This document shows positions 1 through 10,010 of a DNA stretch of 24,331 nucleotides, piece after piece. The translations under genes were made by a program, and so were the position numbers. The stretch is from positions 1-24,331 of the forward strand of contig CBDURU010000047.1 in NCBI GenBank assembly GCA_965369865.1, written 5' to 3'. The notes under the pieces are model-generated. The model did no database searches. It had not been told where the DNA came from and saw only the letters and a program-made list of their open reading frames with translations. Origin of the DNA: an uncultured bacterium. Lineage in GTDB: Bacteria > JAJVIF01 > JAPKYR01. Every line of letters starts with the position of its first letter. Position 1 is the first letter of the stretch.

Positions 1-132
1 TCGGCACTTGCTATCCGATAGCTGGAAGCTAACGGCACGTAGGGGAAATTCTTACATTAAACCATTTGAGGGAAATATTATTTTGGACAAGAGTGGTATT
101 TTTTAATTCCTAAATCGTTCAGTGTCCGGTTA

Positions 133-3100
133 TCACCCTAGCTCATCCAGAAGATACTTCACCGCATAGATCAACTGGTCGTCGATACCGTCGCGGATAT
201 GATTCAGGTCGTTCGGCACGCGTATGTCGGGCTGGACGCCGTTATTTTCGAGATTGGTCCCATCGAGCGCGTACCAGCCCTCGATCGGCAGACGTATCCC
301 CGACCGTCCATCAATAAGCGTGTATGCCTCGGTTCCGATTACCGCTCCGACTGTCGCTTCGCCGATAATCGTTCCGAGTCCGAGCGTTCGGAAACCCGAC
401 GGGAAAATTTCCGAATCCGAAGAGCTGCGTTCGTTGATTAACAGGACTGTCGGTTTTCCCCACCGGTGCCCGGGTTGCTGCGATCTCTCCCCATCTCTTA
501 CCTCCGACCATCCGAACTGGGGTCTGGAGAGAATGTCGAGGAGGTATTCATGGATATTTCCACCAGGGTTCCATCGTATGTCGATTATCAGGGCATCTCT
601 CTGGTAATTATCAGCCATCAATTCGCGCGCGAACCTCTCAAGGCTCCCACCACTCATCCACCGTATGTGAACGTATCCGATGCGGCCGTCGGAAATCTCA
701 TCCACCTTATCCCTGTTCTCCTCCACAAACGCCTCGTATGTGGCGGTCGACCAGCTCGGGTAAATATCCGAACCGCCCATTGGAATAAGTGTTACCTCGC
801 GCGAATCGGTGCCATCCTGGTCCGATGCTACCGTTAAGACAGTCGATCGGGAACTCCGATCATCGAGGAACGCCCAGTAATTATTCGATGGAGATACGTC
901 GCTATCGTTAATCGCCAAAACCCATTCCCCTGCATCGATCCGTGAATCATCATAATCGGCAGGCCCGCGCGGGAGCACATAATCAACCTGCAAGCCGGGA
1001 CCTGTCGTGTGCGGATCGAACTCAAGTCCAAGACGCGCCGTATTTGTGCCGATTCCCTCGTTCGATGTCCTTGTCCAGGCATTCAGGTGCGACGCGTCCA
1101 GCTCTCCGAACATCATTTTCATAAGGTATACGTATTCTTCCCCGACAACGGCTTCCTCGACAAGCGGTGCATAAAAATTCACAATTTCCTGCCAGTCGTA
1201 CCCATGCATTTCCTCATCGTAAAAGTGAGAAGCCAGAAGCCTACCCGCCTCGTACACCATCTGCCTTCGTTCAGCGATTAAATCAACCGTCAGGCGTCCG
1301 AATGTAGGAACCTGGATTGTCATGCCGCCTGCTTTATCCCAGTAATAAACGTTTCTTCCGGAGTGGTATAAAACGCCTGAGCCATCGGGAAGCCAGGTGA
1401 TTTCTTTACATCGACCGGGAAGGGCCGCGATCTGGGTCGGGGTACCGCCATCAGCCGGAATTTGCCACAATGCCCAATTACCAATCGGGTTCGATTCAAA
1501 AACAAACGTTTTTCCATCGGGCGAAAGTACCGCCAGCTCCCCGCTTCCCTGGATATGAGTTATCTGCCGGACGCGTTCATCTATCCGGTTGAAATCGATA
1601 ACAACTTCCGGTTCTTCCGGTTCTTCTGTTTCTTCTTCATCGTCAGGCTCTTCAGATGTTTCATCACCATTACCTTCAGCATCATTTTCCTCTTCTATAT
1701 CCTCTTCATCGGAGAGAAGAATAAAATCGGAACTTGGCGGAGGCGTACGTTGAAGATCGATAGTATGAAGGGTCCCGCCCTCTCGCCACCATCCGAAATT
1801 TTCAAGTCCGATCGTGGAGTTACGATGGCTCAGAAAATAAATACGATTACCATCTGGAGTCCAGCCGCCTAATGAATCCATATCGTGATGGCGGGTAATA
1901 TTTACCGGCTGTCCGCTTCCATCGGATGGCACGATAAAAATTTCTCCATACCAGCTTTGTTCCATTCCTGTGTATGAAATCCATTTTCCATCAGGCGACC
2001 ACTCGTACGGGGCTATATACGGCTGGAGTACAAAAAGGTCGGTGGCAATTACATTTCGATCCCCGGTTTCGAGATCGAGTACCGCGAGCTGATCGTTTAC
2101 CTGGTAAAAAGCGAGTCTGGAGCCATCGGGTGAATATTTCGCGGCCACCTCATCCTTTGGGGTTTCGGTAAGGCGGGTCCAATCGAAAGTTCTCAAATCG
2201 ATTTCATAAAGCTCAAAATTTCCATCCCGGTCGCTTGAGAGAACAACACGGTCGCCATCGGGATGCCATGTTACATATTGCTCGCGCGATGGTGTTTCGG
2301 TTACCCGTACAGCCTCCCAGTATCGGTCGTCGCCCAGAGGTGTCGGGGCTTCGGGATCGTGAATCGGTATTATATAAAGTTCCCCTCTCACGATAACGGC
2401 GAGGTTGGTCCCTAATTGGCTCAACTCCATCTCTGTAACATTTCCATTTATATCCAAGCGTATTTCCTGGGAATGTTTGGGTTCACTGTTGAGGTCGAGA
2501 TCGAGGGATTGAGGCTGTCCGAATTCACCTGTTGGAGCATCGTATTCCATTATTTGAATTCTGAAATCCTGGACAAAACAGAGGTCCCCCGAATAAGAAA
2601 CCGACAGAAACATCACAGGGCGGTCCGTGAAATCCGTCAGCCTGATCGGATCGATCCCGGACCATGGTTTCACCCACACATTTTCTGAGTTTAGCTCGCG
2701 GTCGGACACGAAATAAATATTGTCTCCAGAAACACAGGGCCAGTTATCGTTTCCGTCATAGTCATTAAGGACCCACTGCATGTCGTTACCCTCGGTGGTC
2801 ATGGAGTACAGGTCCGTGTCGCCTGAGCCGTTGTAGTGGCGGCGGGTCCAGTCGATAATCCCACGCGACACGATAATCATCGCGCCATTCGGATAATAAC
2901 TCGCGGTGAAATTCCTGTGAGTGTCGTTTGTAATTGGATATTCAAGCCCGCCTTCAGTATCCACTTCGTACAGGTCATACGAAAAGAGGTCGCGTGCGCT
3001 CCTGAAAAGAATGCGCGAACCATCGGGATGTACATCCTGGACAAAATCTGCCACGAAATTCCATGTGTGGCGTTCGGGTTCCCCACCGGATAACGGAATT

Positions 3101-3402
3101 GAATAAACGTCGTCGTTGCCATCGCGGTTCGATGAAAAAGCAAGTTTGTCGGACGATGGAAACCATGCGGGATGATGATCGTAGGCTACATGGTCGGTGA
3201 CACGGGTGCATTCTCCAGAATCGACATCGGCTGTCCAGATATCTCCCGACCATGAAAAAGCGACCATTGTTCCATCAGGGGAGATACGCGCATCGAACAG
3301 ACCGAATCGGCCATCATCGAGTGCGTTCGCGGATGGCGTAATCATCAGGAATATTCCGGTGACTAATAGAATTACGAGTGTTGAGCAGGAATTTCGAGAC
3401 AT
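133..3402 (-). CDS. Secreted tricorn-like S41-family serine protease (PD40/TolB-like propellers, PDZ domain, S41 catalytic domain)
   Basis: Signal peptide MSRNSCSTLVILLVTGIFLMITPSANA; repeated SPDG/WxPDG blades; ELDASH (tricorn His region); GYVHI, LIIDIRWNPGG, SSSDSEIF (catalytic Ser), GxIIGExTxG and ENNGVQPDI motifs. Start placed at ATG 3402, which follows GGAAGGAG. Confidence 0.9.
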   Translation of the reverse strand: MSRNSCSTLVILLVTGIFLMITPSANALDDGRFGLFDARISPDGTMVAFSWSGDIWTADVDSGECTRVTDHVAYDHHPAWFPSSDKLAFSSNRDGNDDVYSIPLSGGEPERHTWNFVADFVQDVHPDGSRILFRSARDLFSYDLYEVDTEGGLEYPITNDTHRNFTASYYPNGAMIIVSRGIIDWTRRHYNGSGDTDLYSMTTEGNDMQWVLNDYDGNDNWPCVSGDNIYFVSDRELNSENVWVKPWSGIDPIRLTDFTDRPVMFLSVSYSGDLCFVQDFRIQIMEYDAPTGEFGQPQSLDLDLNSEPKHSQEIRLDINGNVTEMELSQLGTNLAVIVRGELYIIPIHDPEAPTPLGDDRYWEAVRVTETPSREQYVTWHPDGDRVVLSSDRDGNFELYEIDLRTFDWTRLTETPKDEVAAKYSPDGSRLAFYQVNDQLAVLDLETGDRNVIATDLFVLQPYIAPYEWSPDGKWISYTGMEQSWYGEIFIVPSDGSGQPVNITRHHDMDSLGGWTPDGNRIYFLSHRNSTIGLENFGWWREGGTLHTIDLQRTPPPSSDFILLSDEEDIEEENDAEGNGDETSEEPDDEEETEEPEEPEVVIDFNRIDERVRQITHIQGSGELAVLSPDGKTFVFESNPIGNWALWQIPADGGTPTQIAALPGRCKEITWLPDGSGVLYHSGRNVYYWDKAGGMTIQVPTFGRLTVDLIAERRQMVYEAGRLLASHFYDEEMHGYDWQEIVNFYAPLVEEAVVGEEYVYLMKMMFGELDASHLNAWTRTSNEGIGTNTARLGLEFDPHTTGPGLQVDYVLPRGPADYDDSRIDAGEWVLAINDSDVSPSNNYWAFLDDRSSRSTVLTVASDQDGTDSREVTLIPMGGSDIYPSWSTATYEAFVEENRDKVDEISDGRIGYVHIRWMSGGSLERFARELMADNYQRDALIIDIRWNPGGNIHEYLLDILSRPQFGWSEVRDGERSQQPGHRWGKPTVLLINERSSSDSEIFPSGFRTLGLGTIIGEATVGAVIGTEAYTLIDGRSGIRLPIEGWYALDGTNLENNGVQPDIRVPNDLNHIRDGIDDQLIYAVKYLLDELG

Positions 3403-3474
3403 GTTGGCTCCTTCCAAGCGAAGACCGATCTGTAAAACAGGAAGTGGTAAGTATACTCAATTTGTGGGCCTTAC

Positions 3475-3542
3475 ACCGTAGAACAGCACGGCAGCGCGTC
3501 TTGATTTAAAAAATTTGACGCACTGCCGTGCTGTTCTACGGT
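3475..3542. repeat. REPIN-like inverted doublet of GTAG-type REP sequences (26-bp arms, one mismatch)
   Basis: ACCGTAGAACAGCACGGCAGCGCGTC (3475-3500) and GACGCACTGCCGTGCTGTTCTACGGT (3517-3542) are reverse complements at 25/26 positions, around a 16-nt AT-rich spacer. Confidence 0.75.
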
Positions 3543-3737
3543 TTGTATTTTAATTAATTATGGTTAACCCGGTTGCTGCATCACCATTCCTTGAGGACAT
3601 TTCCTTCGGGCTTCATGCCGACAACGAATCGACATTCTCTGTGTTATCATCCGAAAAACGAAGGTTTTCTAGAGCGTCGACATTATTACCTCCTATTCAT
3701 CTAATTATACTTTTAAGGTAAATATGAGTAGTTGAAG

Positions 3738-4649
3738 TCAACCTTCCAGATAGGATAGATTTTTGAATCCAGCCACTTTAAGGGTCTCCAATGCATCCCT
3801 TTTATCCCGAAAATGACGGTCTAATGCCCACTTCTGTATCAATCTGGCTTTTGTACGCCTAAGGCTAGCGAGGTCCTTATTTCTCTGCTCCTTCCTAATA
3901 ACTTCCTTTCCAGTATTATAACCACCTTTCCCCAAAAAGAATGTAATAACTGTAGCAACGATGAACCAGTAAAAATATTGAGCTTTACCCTCGTCACTGC
4001 AATCTGCGACAAAAACTGCTATCAGTAGCCCAAGGCTAATTAAAAGGAAGAACCCAAATATAACCCATAACACGCACCCTTTTACTCTAAACATTCCCTC
4101 ACTTAGGCAACCCCAATTCTCGTGCTTTTTCATGGTGTTTATATCATCATCAGGCAAAGAATTCGCATTTAACTCTTCCTTGAAAAATATCTTTCGCCTA
4201 CTTAGTAATGCATAGTTTGTATTAATAGTATCCATATAAACCATAATATTACATAGTTCCTGCAAATGTTTATTAAACAGATCCGCACCGTCTGGTGTTA
4301 TATGCATGTTGTGCAAGTTAATCAGTAATTCCAAATTCAAACCTGGTTGAATGCATTCATTATATAAAGTTTTGTCTGAGACAACGACTGGGAAACTTGC
4401 GTATGTCTTAAGAATCTCTACTAATTTCTCAGCTGCTAATTTCCAGGGTCTTGATATCCCTGGTTCCCCTCCTCCATATTCAGGGAGGTTTTTTTTAAAA
4501 TTATCTAATATGGATATTAAATTCAACAATTCCTGAGCTTGTGCAGAATCGTAGTGCGGTATCTGATTTTGTGGTGTGATTTTGGAATGACAATTAGAGC
4601 AACTCGATTCGGGTGAATCTAAATAATTTCCACATTCAGGACAATTCAT
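3738..4649 (-). CDS. Hypothetical membrane protein with N-terminal zinc ribbon and two TM helices
   Basis: CPECG...CSNC at the N-terminus, two hydrophobic segments near the C-terminus, GAGGT Shine-Dalgarno before ATG. Visibly AT-rich compared with neighbours. Confidence 0.75.
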   Translation of the reverse strand: MNCPECGNYLDSPESSCSNCHSKITPQNQIPHYDSAQAQELLNLISILDNFKKNLPEYGGGEPGISRPWKLAAEKLVEILKTYASFPVVVSDKTLYNECIQPGLNLELLINLHNMHITPDGADLFNKHLQELCNIMVYMDTINTNYALLSRRKIFFKEELNANSLPDDDINTMKKHENWGCLSEGMFRVKGCVLWVIFGFFLLISLGLLIAVFVADCSDEGKAQYFYWFIVATVITFFLGKGGYNTGKEVIRKEQRNKDLASLRRTKARLIQKWALDRHFRDKRDALETLKVAGFKNLSYLEG

Positions 4650-4781
4650 ATCTACCTCTGGTCTTTTTTGACCATGTTCCTCAGCGAAAGAGAAGATTTA
4701 GAATTATCTCACAGCAAATGCAAGGATTTCAATAGAAAGAAAGTCATCTCCATAAATGTTTACGTCTGGTATAGTGCAACA

Positions 4782-4946
4782 ATGGACGAACTAATCGCAG
4801 AGTACGGCATTTCTGCCATGCTTGATTCAGTTTTCGAGTGTGAATGCTCATGTGGTGAAGTTTATTCCCTCGAACCCGATAGTGTTTGCACATGCGAATG
4901 TGGTGAAAGAGTCGTCTCACCGCTCGTCGCTAACAACATGATCTGA
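4782..4946 (+). CDS. Small Cys-rich (zinc-ribbon-like) protein, 54 aa, probably leaderless
   Basis: MDELIAEYGISAMLDSVFECECSCGEVYSLEPDSVCTCECGERVVSPLVANNMI, with CSCG...CECG pairs. Extended -10 TGGTATAGT ends 6 nt before ATG 4782. Overlaps the methyltransferase 3' end by 30 nt. Confidence 0.6.
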   Translation: MDELIAEYGISAMLDSVFECECSCGEVYSLEPDSVCTCECGERVVSPLVANNMI

Positions 4947-6101
4947 TTCCCAAACAATCCAGCACATTCTATCCGCATTTTTTAAGTCGACAATAATATT
5001 GCCTTTGCCAAGAGGATAAGTCGGGTTTTTTACCTTATGCCATGCCGGGTAAATCACAGTCGGGTTGCTATCTGGACACTTTATCTCGTTCCGGAATTTA
5101 ACCGCGAGTGCACCCGCATTTTTTTTGCCGGCATACGGGATTCGATATAACCCATGTGAGAGTATAACCGGAGGGTCTGATCCCTCTTCTAAATCCTCTA
5201 GCCGTTCGAGAGTGACACCTATCGCGTCGGGATTTTTATCGCAGACAATAAAACGCCTTCCAAGTTTCCTCGCAGCAAGAGCGGTTGTCCCGCTTCCGGA
5301 AAATATGTCGCATACGATTTGATTTTCATCGGATAGCGCACTGACAATTCTTTCAAGAAGTTTCAACGGCTTCTGTGTCGGGTATGCCGATCGCTCATTT
5401 GACATCGGGTTGACTATCGGAATATCCCATACATCATCGACCGGCGTTCCATCGGGGTGCGGCATATATTTCTTCCCTTTTTTCGACACTATCCCGCCTT
5501 TCGCGTAGCCCGAAGTTTCCTTGTACGGTTCACGCACGGCATCTATATTGAAAATCCGTTTCGGGCCTTTTGAATACCACAAAAGGACATCGTGTTTTTT
5601 TGAAAAACGTTTTTTGCTTCGACCCCCGCCTGTGTAATGCCAGATAATTTCGTTTTCAAGCCTGTCCGCTCCGAAATTTTTATCGCACCAGATTCTTACA
5701 TGATGAATAGCCCTGTTATCAAGGTGGATTATCAAGTTGCCATGGTCGGAAAGGATCCGCCAGAGTCCTTTTAATCTTGGAGCAAGCCATTCAACAAATT
5801 CCCCAGGATCGGTCCAGGAATCATCGTAACCGTCGGGACCCTCATCTCCTTTGGTGCTTTCCCGCCTGGATCCTGTGGCAAACGGCGGATCGATATAAAC
5901 CAGATCGACTATTCCGTCATGGATGACGTTCAGGAGATCAAGATTATCGGCAAGGATGAGGTGATCGGTTGATTTAAGGTAATCACGATTAAAAATCATA
6001 CCGCCAATGCTCCCCCATCGCTGCCATGGAAGGATGTGTGCCTGAGAATTTGATTCTACAGGGAGCTGGGGCAGGAATAGTGTGTCGTCTGCAGATGCCA
6101 T
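4917..6101 (-). CDS. Site-specific DNA methyltransferase, N6-adenine/N4-cytosine, beta class (orphan)
   Basis: Motif IV VYIDPPF precedes motif I DIFSGSGTT; NEIIWHY, DVWDIP and YPTQKPxxLLERI are typical of N6_N4_Mtase proteins. Confidence 0.9.
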   Translation of the reverse strand: MASADDTLFLPQLPVESNSQAHILPWQRWGSIGGMIFNRDYLKSTDHLILADNLDLLNVIHDGIVDLVYIDPPFATGSRRESTKGDEGPDGYDDSWTDPGEFVEWLAPRLKGLWRILSDHGNLIIHLDNRAIHHVRIWCDKNFGADRLENEIIWHYTGGGRSKKRFSKKHDVLLWYSKGPKRIFNIDAVREPYKETSGYAKGGIVSKKGKKYMPHPDGTPVDDVWDIPIVNPMSNERSAYPTQKPLKLLERIVSALSDENQIVCDIFSGSGTTALAARKLGRRFIVCDKNPDAIGVTLERLEDLEEGSDPPVILSHGLYRIPYAGKKNAGALAVKFRNEIKCPDSNPTVIYPAWHKVKNPTYPLGKGNIIVDLKNADRMCWIVWESDHVVSDER

Positions 6102-6352
6102 AGGATCGTATCGTGGATTGATTATACAAAATCAGGATACAAAGTGGGGAGAAAAGGGGCGGGATTATCCTGTTGACTTGGAGGTGGGGTAGGTCCGAAA
6201 AAGAATTCGGAGTAGTTAAGATATGTACAAAAATCAACAGGTCACTGTCCCCTTGCCATATTTTAAAATGTCGAAATATAAATATGCATCTGTATAAACG
6301 GATCGAAATAGGGTAAAATTAGCTATTGTCCCACCAGGGATAGGAGGATGTA

Positions 6353-9300
6353 ATGCCCACAAGCACTTTAAGGCCGTTTACGCAGATCCTGATTTTGTTT
6401 TTTTTCGTAATGCTTATTTTCGGATGCTCATCCGGGGGAAATAACAGTTCCCCGATCCTTCCAGATGAGACACAGTCCACGACTGAAATTACGGGAAGCA
6501 CTGCCGTTTCAGGCGAGAATAACCACTTCTGCCTTTTATACAACATGATTTATTTCGATGTAACCGATCCGGATGATCCACAATACGAGATAGTCCCTGT
6601 CCGAGGAAACTCGATACATTTGAATATTTTAAAATTCCTGGAGACCGGACCATGCGCCAACTGCTTCCATATCGAAGCTTTGACTAGCCCCCAGCCCGGA
6701 GTTCTTGATTTCAATATACGTATTATACATCCGTTTACAGACCTCAATTTATCGATTTTCGATGTGCGCGGGATCATAATGTTTAATGGGAGCCATGTTT
6801 TCCCTGAGTCAGGATTGACGATATCCGACCCCGCGATGGGCGACGGCGGTCTTCTGAATGCAGATGGTTACACAGCCCTTTATAACGGATCGACAATGGG
6901 AATGGCGGGACCTTTGTTCACGTACTACCCAGGAAAAAAGTCAACACCTGTTATACCAAATGCTGATTTAAACGGGTTTAAAAGGTACAGAGATCAATTC
7001 ACAAGAAACTTATTAATGGCTGGATGGCAGGCTATAGAATCATACTCATTGAGAATGCCCGCAGCGGGTCAGTTCGCCCTTGGTTACGCAGTCGATGCAT
7101 CGTGGGCAATGCCGATAAACCAGCCCGTTGAAGAACCGGAAACTGATTTTGGGCCTGACGCGAATTGTACCGAAGCCTGGAAGATTAAAGTGACTGATTA
7201 TTATCCAGGTCTTACATCGGAGGGAGGTACAACGACACTCAAGATTTATGTTTACGACTGGCAGGGTTATGATGATGCTCATCCTGTGATTGTTGAATGC
7301 CCTGACCTTTTCGATGGGGAGATTCAGGCACAATTGATAAAGGGTGGACCCAACTCTTCGCATTACGAAGTAACGATAGAAAACACCAATCTGGCTGGTG
7401 AGGGTGAACATCTGGTCCTTATTAGAAAAGAAGCGGCTGAGAACGATCCGGTGTCGGAACCCTGGCTTGATTTAACTGCATATCAGGTTGCCAAAATTAA
7501 GGTAAACGTGGATTTTGGTACACCTGTTGACGTGACACCACCCTGGCTCAATATGAATCCGAATGAAATATGTGTGGATGGCAACTATGCTTACATGGCC
7601 TGTGGTTTTAACGGCTTGCATATTGTCGATATCTCTGATCCTGTAAATCCCGTTTGGGTTAACCGTGTCGATACGCATGGCGATGCCGTGGGAGTCGCGT
7701 TAGCGGGAGGTTATGCATACGTCCCAAATCTTGAACATTATGGCCCTTCTAATGATGATTTTTCAGTAATCGATATTGAACCTGTAGAATCCGCCCACAT
7801 AGTTAATACAGTGCATGCCCTGGAAAGATCCAACCATGTCTCAATTTCAGGGGAATATGCATATGTCTCAGGCAGTAGCAGATTTAGCATTGTGGATATC
7901 ACTGATCCTGTATTTCCGACCGTTATTAAAACTATTAAACTCAACAATGGCCTCTTCAACTACAATAGTTTTGGAAAAATTACAGCCTCGGGAGGTTACG
8001 CATATGTCGGATTGATTCATTTTGCTGGTGATGTAGGAGGTGGGGGTAGCACTTCTTATTCTTTTGCGATATATGATATTGATCCTCCGGGATCGGCTTA
8101 TAAAGTTAAATCATTCCAAATTGGTGGTTTTCCTAGAGATATCGTGGTGTCGGGAGGCTACGCGTACATCTCGTGTCGTGACCTTGCGATAATTGATATC
8201 GACCCGCCCGAATCGGCATACTTGTACAGCTATGCTTCATTAACTGACAGGACCACAGCGCTGGGGTTATCCGGAAACTATGCATACGTTACTGATTCGA
8301 AATCAGGACTTGAAATATTCGATATCGAACAACCGGATTCGCCATATTTAGTCAATACAATCGATACACCCGGTAAAGCCGAAGATGTCAGTATATCAGG
8401 AGATTACGCATTCATCGCGGACGAGGGATCGGGACTACAGATAATTGATATCGGACAGGTGGGATCTTCTTATATTGTCAGTTCAGTCGAAATGCTGGTT
8501 GATGCCTATGGAGTCGATGTTTCAGAAGGTTACGCGTACGTTGCGGGTGAGAATTTTCAAATAATCAATATCGAACAACCGGAATTGGCCTACATTGTCA
8601 ATACAATCGAAACAATTAGTGATGTCGATGAAGTGAAGGTCGCAGGAGGTTACGCGTACGTTGCGGGTGAGAATTTTCAGATAATCGATATTGATCCTCC
8701 GGAATCTGCATATATTGTCAATACATTAGATATAAATGCACGTCAGATTGCTATCGCGGAAGGTTATGCATATGTCGTACGTTACGATTTAGAGATAATC
8801 GATATTGATCCTCCGGAATCGGCTTATATTGTCAATTCAGTCGATATGCCCTTGCTTACTTATGGAGTCGCGGTAGCCGGAGGATATGCATACGTCACGG
8901 CTCGAGATTCATATGACGATCCTAATGGAGAATTTACGATAATCGATGTTGAACCACCGGAATCGGCTTATATTGTCAATTCAGTAACTACCCTTGACGA
9001 ATGGGTCTATGGGGTCGCGGTAGCGGGAGATTATGCTTACGTCGCGTCTCGTGAATCAGATAATAATAATCATAGAGAAATTAAGATAATCGACATCGAA
9101 CCTCCGGAATCTGCTTTCATTTACAACACGATAGGGACTGGTGATTGGACCTTGGGAATCAAGGAATATGGCGGTTACGTATACGCCATAAACGGTGAAG
9201 AAGGAATTCGGGTGATCGATGTCGACCCACCTGAATCACCTTACTATGTTTCTTCAATCGAGACAACTGACTTTACCAACGATATTGCCGTTTCTGGAGG

Positions 9301-9355
9301 TTACGCATATATCGCTGATGAAAACGGTGGCTTACGAATAATCCAACTCTTTTAA
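6353..9355 (+). CDS. Lipoprotein with conserved N-terminal module and C-terminal LVIVD-repeat beta-propeller
   Basis: Signal peptide with lipobox-like IFGC; about 14 repeats of the type 'VAVAGGYAYVA...LxIIDIxPPESAYIVNxV'; AGGAGG Shine-Dalgarno. Confidence 0.85.
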   Translation: MPTSTLRPFTQILILFFFVMLIFGCSSGGNNSSPILPDETQSTTEITGSTAVSGENNHFCLLYNMIYFDVTDPDDPQYEIVPVRGNSIHLNILKFLETGPCANCFHIEALTSPQPGVLDFNIRIIHPFTDLNLSIFDVRGIIMFNGSHVFPESGLTISDPAMGDGGLLNADGYTALYNGSTMGMAGPLFTYYPGKKSTPVIPNADLNGFKRYRDQFTRNLLMAGWQAIESYSLRMPAAGQFALGYAVDASWAMPINQPVEEPETDFGPDANCTEAWKIKVTDYYPGLTSEGGTTTLKIYVYDWQGYDDAHPVIVECPDLFDGEIQAQLIKGGPNSSHYEVTIENTNLAGEGEHLVLIRKEAAENDPVSEPWLDLTAYQVAKIKVNVDFGTPVDVTPPWLNMNPNEICVDGNYAYMACGFNGLHIVDISDPVNPVWVNRVDTHGDAVGVALAGGYAYVPNLEHYGPSNDDFSVIDIEPVESAHIVNTVHALERSNHVSISGEYAYVSGSSRFSIVDITDPVFPTVIKTIKLNNGLFNYNSFGKITASGGYAYVGLIHFAGDVGGGGSTSYSFAIYDIDPPGSAYKVKSFQIGGFPRDIVVSGGYAYISCRDLAIIDIDPPESAYLYSYASLTDRTTALGLSGNYAYVTDSKSGLEIFDIEQPDSPYLVNTIDTPGKAEDVSISGDYAFIADEGSGLQIIDIGQVGSSYIVSSVEMLVDAYGVDVSEGYAYVAGENFQIINIEQPELAYIVNTIETISDVDEVKVAGGYAYVAGENFQIIDIDPPESAYIVNTLDINARQIAIAEGYAYVVRYDLEIIDIDPPESAYIVNSVDMPLLTYGVAVAGGYAYVTARDSYDDPNGEFTIIDVEPPESAYIVNSVTTLDEWVYGVAVAGDYAYVASRESDNNNHREIKIIDIEPPESAFIYNTIGTGDWTLGIKEYGGYVYAINGEEGIRVIDVDPPESPYYVSSIETTDFTNDIAVSGGYAYIADENGGLRIIQLF

Positions 9356-9411
9356 TTCAGTTTGTTTCTGGGGACGATATGCATGTATAATTTTGTCCCG
9401 GAGGTGTGATC

Positions 9412-9954
9412 ATGTTCCAGAGAGTATTGTACGCAATCTTCCTCGGTTTTCTTATCTGTATGTTTGTGGTCTGGGCTATGGCCGCGTGGTTCCCCACACC
9501 TGAATGGCGCGATGAATACCCGGGTGTCGAGCGGCGTGAAGAACTACCAAGACCCCCCTCATCGGCTGAACTGAATTACCTCGGAGAGGGGGAGGCGGAA
9601 ATAAGGATGCAGGAGTATGAAGCCGATCGTGCGGCGTACCGGGAGTGGGATGCAACCCACGAAGATATGGAGAGGGAATTCGATAAAAAGATTGAAGCAC
9701 AGGCTATACCCGTTGCGTTAATCTCCATGTTAATCGCGGTTATAGTTACTTCTGCAGGACTGCTTTACTCAAGCAAGCTTAAGGTGGTCGCGGAGGGCAT
9801 GCTTCTGGGGGGAATATTCACTCTTCTGTACAGCATAGGATGGTGCTTCGTGTTCGCTCCGACGATAGCGGTTCTGGCTGTCGGAATTGGATTGGTTTTC
9901 ACAGTGATCATGGGCTACTTCAAGTATGTCCGGAATCCAGCCGATACGAATTAA
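9412..9954 (+). CDS. Hypothetical membrane protein (about 4 TM helices with a charged loop)
   Basis: One N-terminal and three C-terminal hydrophobic segments. GGAGG lies 7 nt before ATG 9412 and TATAAT lies at 9386-9391. Confidence 0.8.
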   Translation: MFQRVLYAIFLGFLICMFVVWAMAAWFPTPEWRDEYPGVERREELPRPPSSAELNYLGEGEAEIRMQEYEADRAAYREWDATHEDMEREFDKKIEAQAIPVALISMLIAVIVTSAGLLYSSKLKVVAEGMLLGGIFTLLYSIGWCFVFAPTIAVLAVGIGLVFTVIMGYFKYVRNPADTN

Positions 9955-10010
9955 TCCGGGAGCGATTAACACCCGCGATCCGAGTCGGGATAGATCGTAT
10001 TCGAAGAGGC

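Noticed and set aside
199..3481. Short alternative-frame and antisense ORFs inside the protease gene (likewise inside aroA, ltaE, dxs and the lipoprotein genes)
   Set aside because: They are shadow ORFs of well-supported long genes and have no independent motifs.
4917..6101. Complete restriction-modification system
   Set aside because: No endonuclease or helicase (Res) ORF is recognisable next to the methyltransferase.
8527..9058. Diversity-generating retroelement TR/VR pair
   Set aside because: Differences are not adenine-specific, the repeats are in-frame protein blades, and no reverse transcriptase is present.
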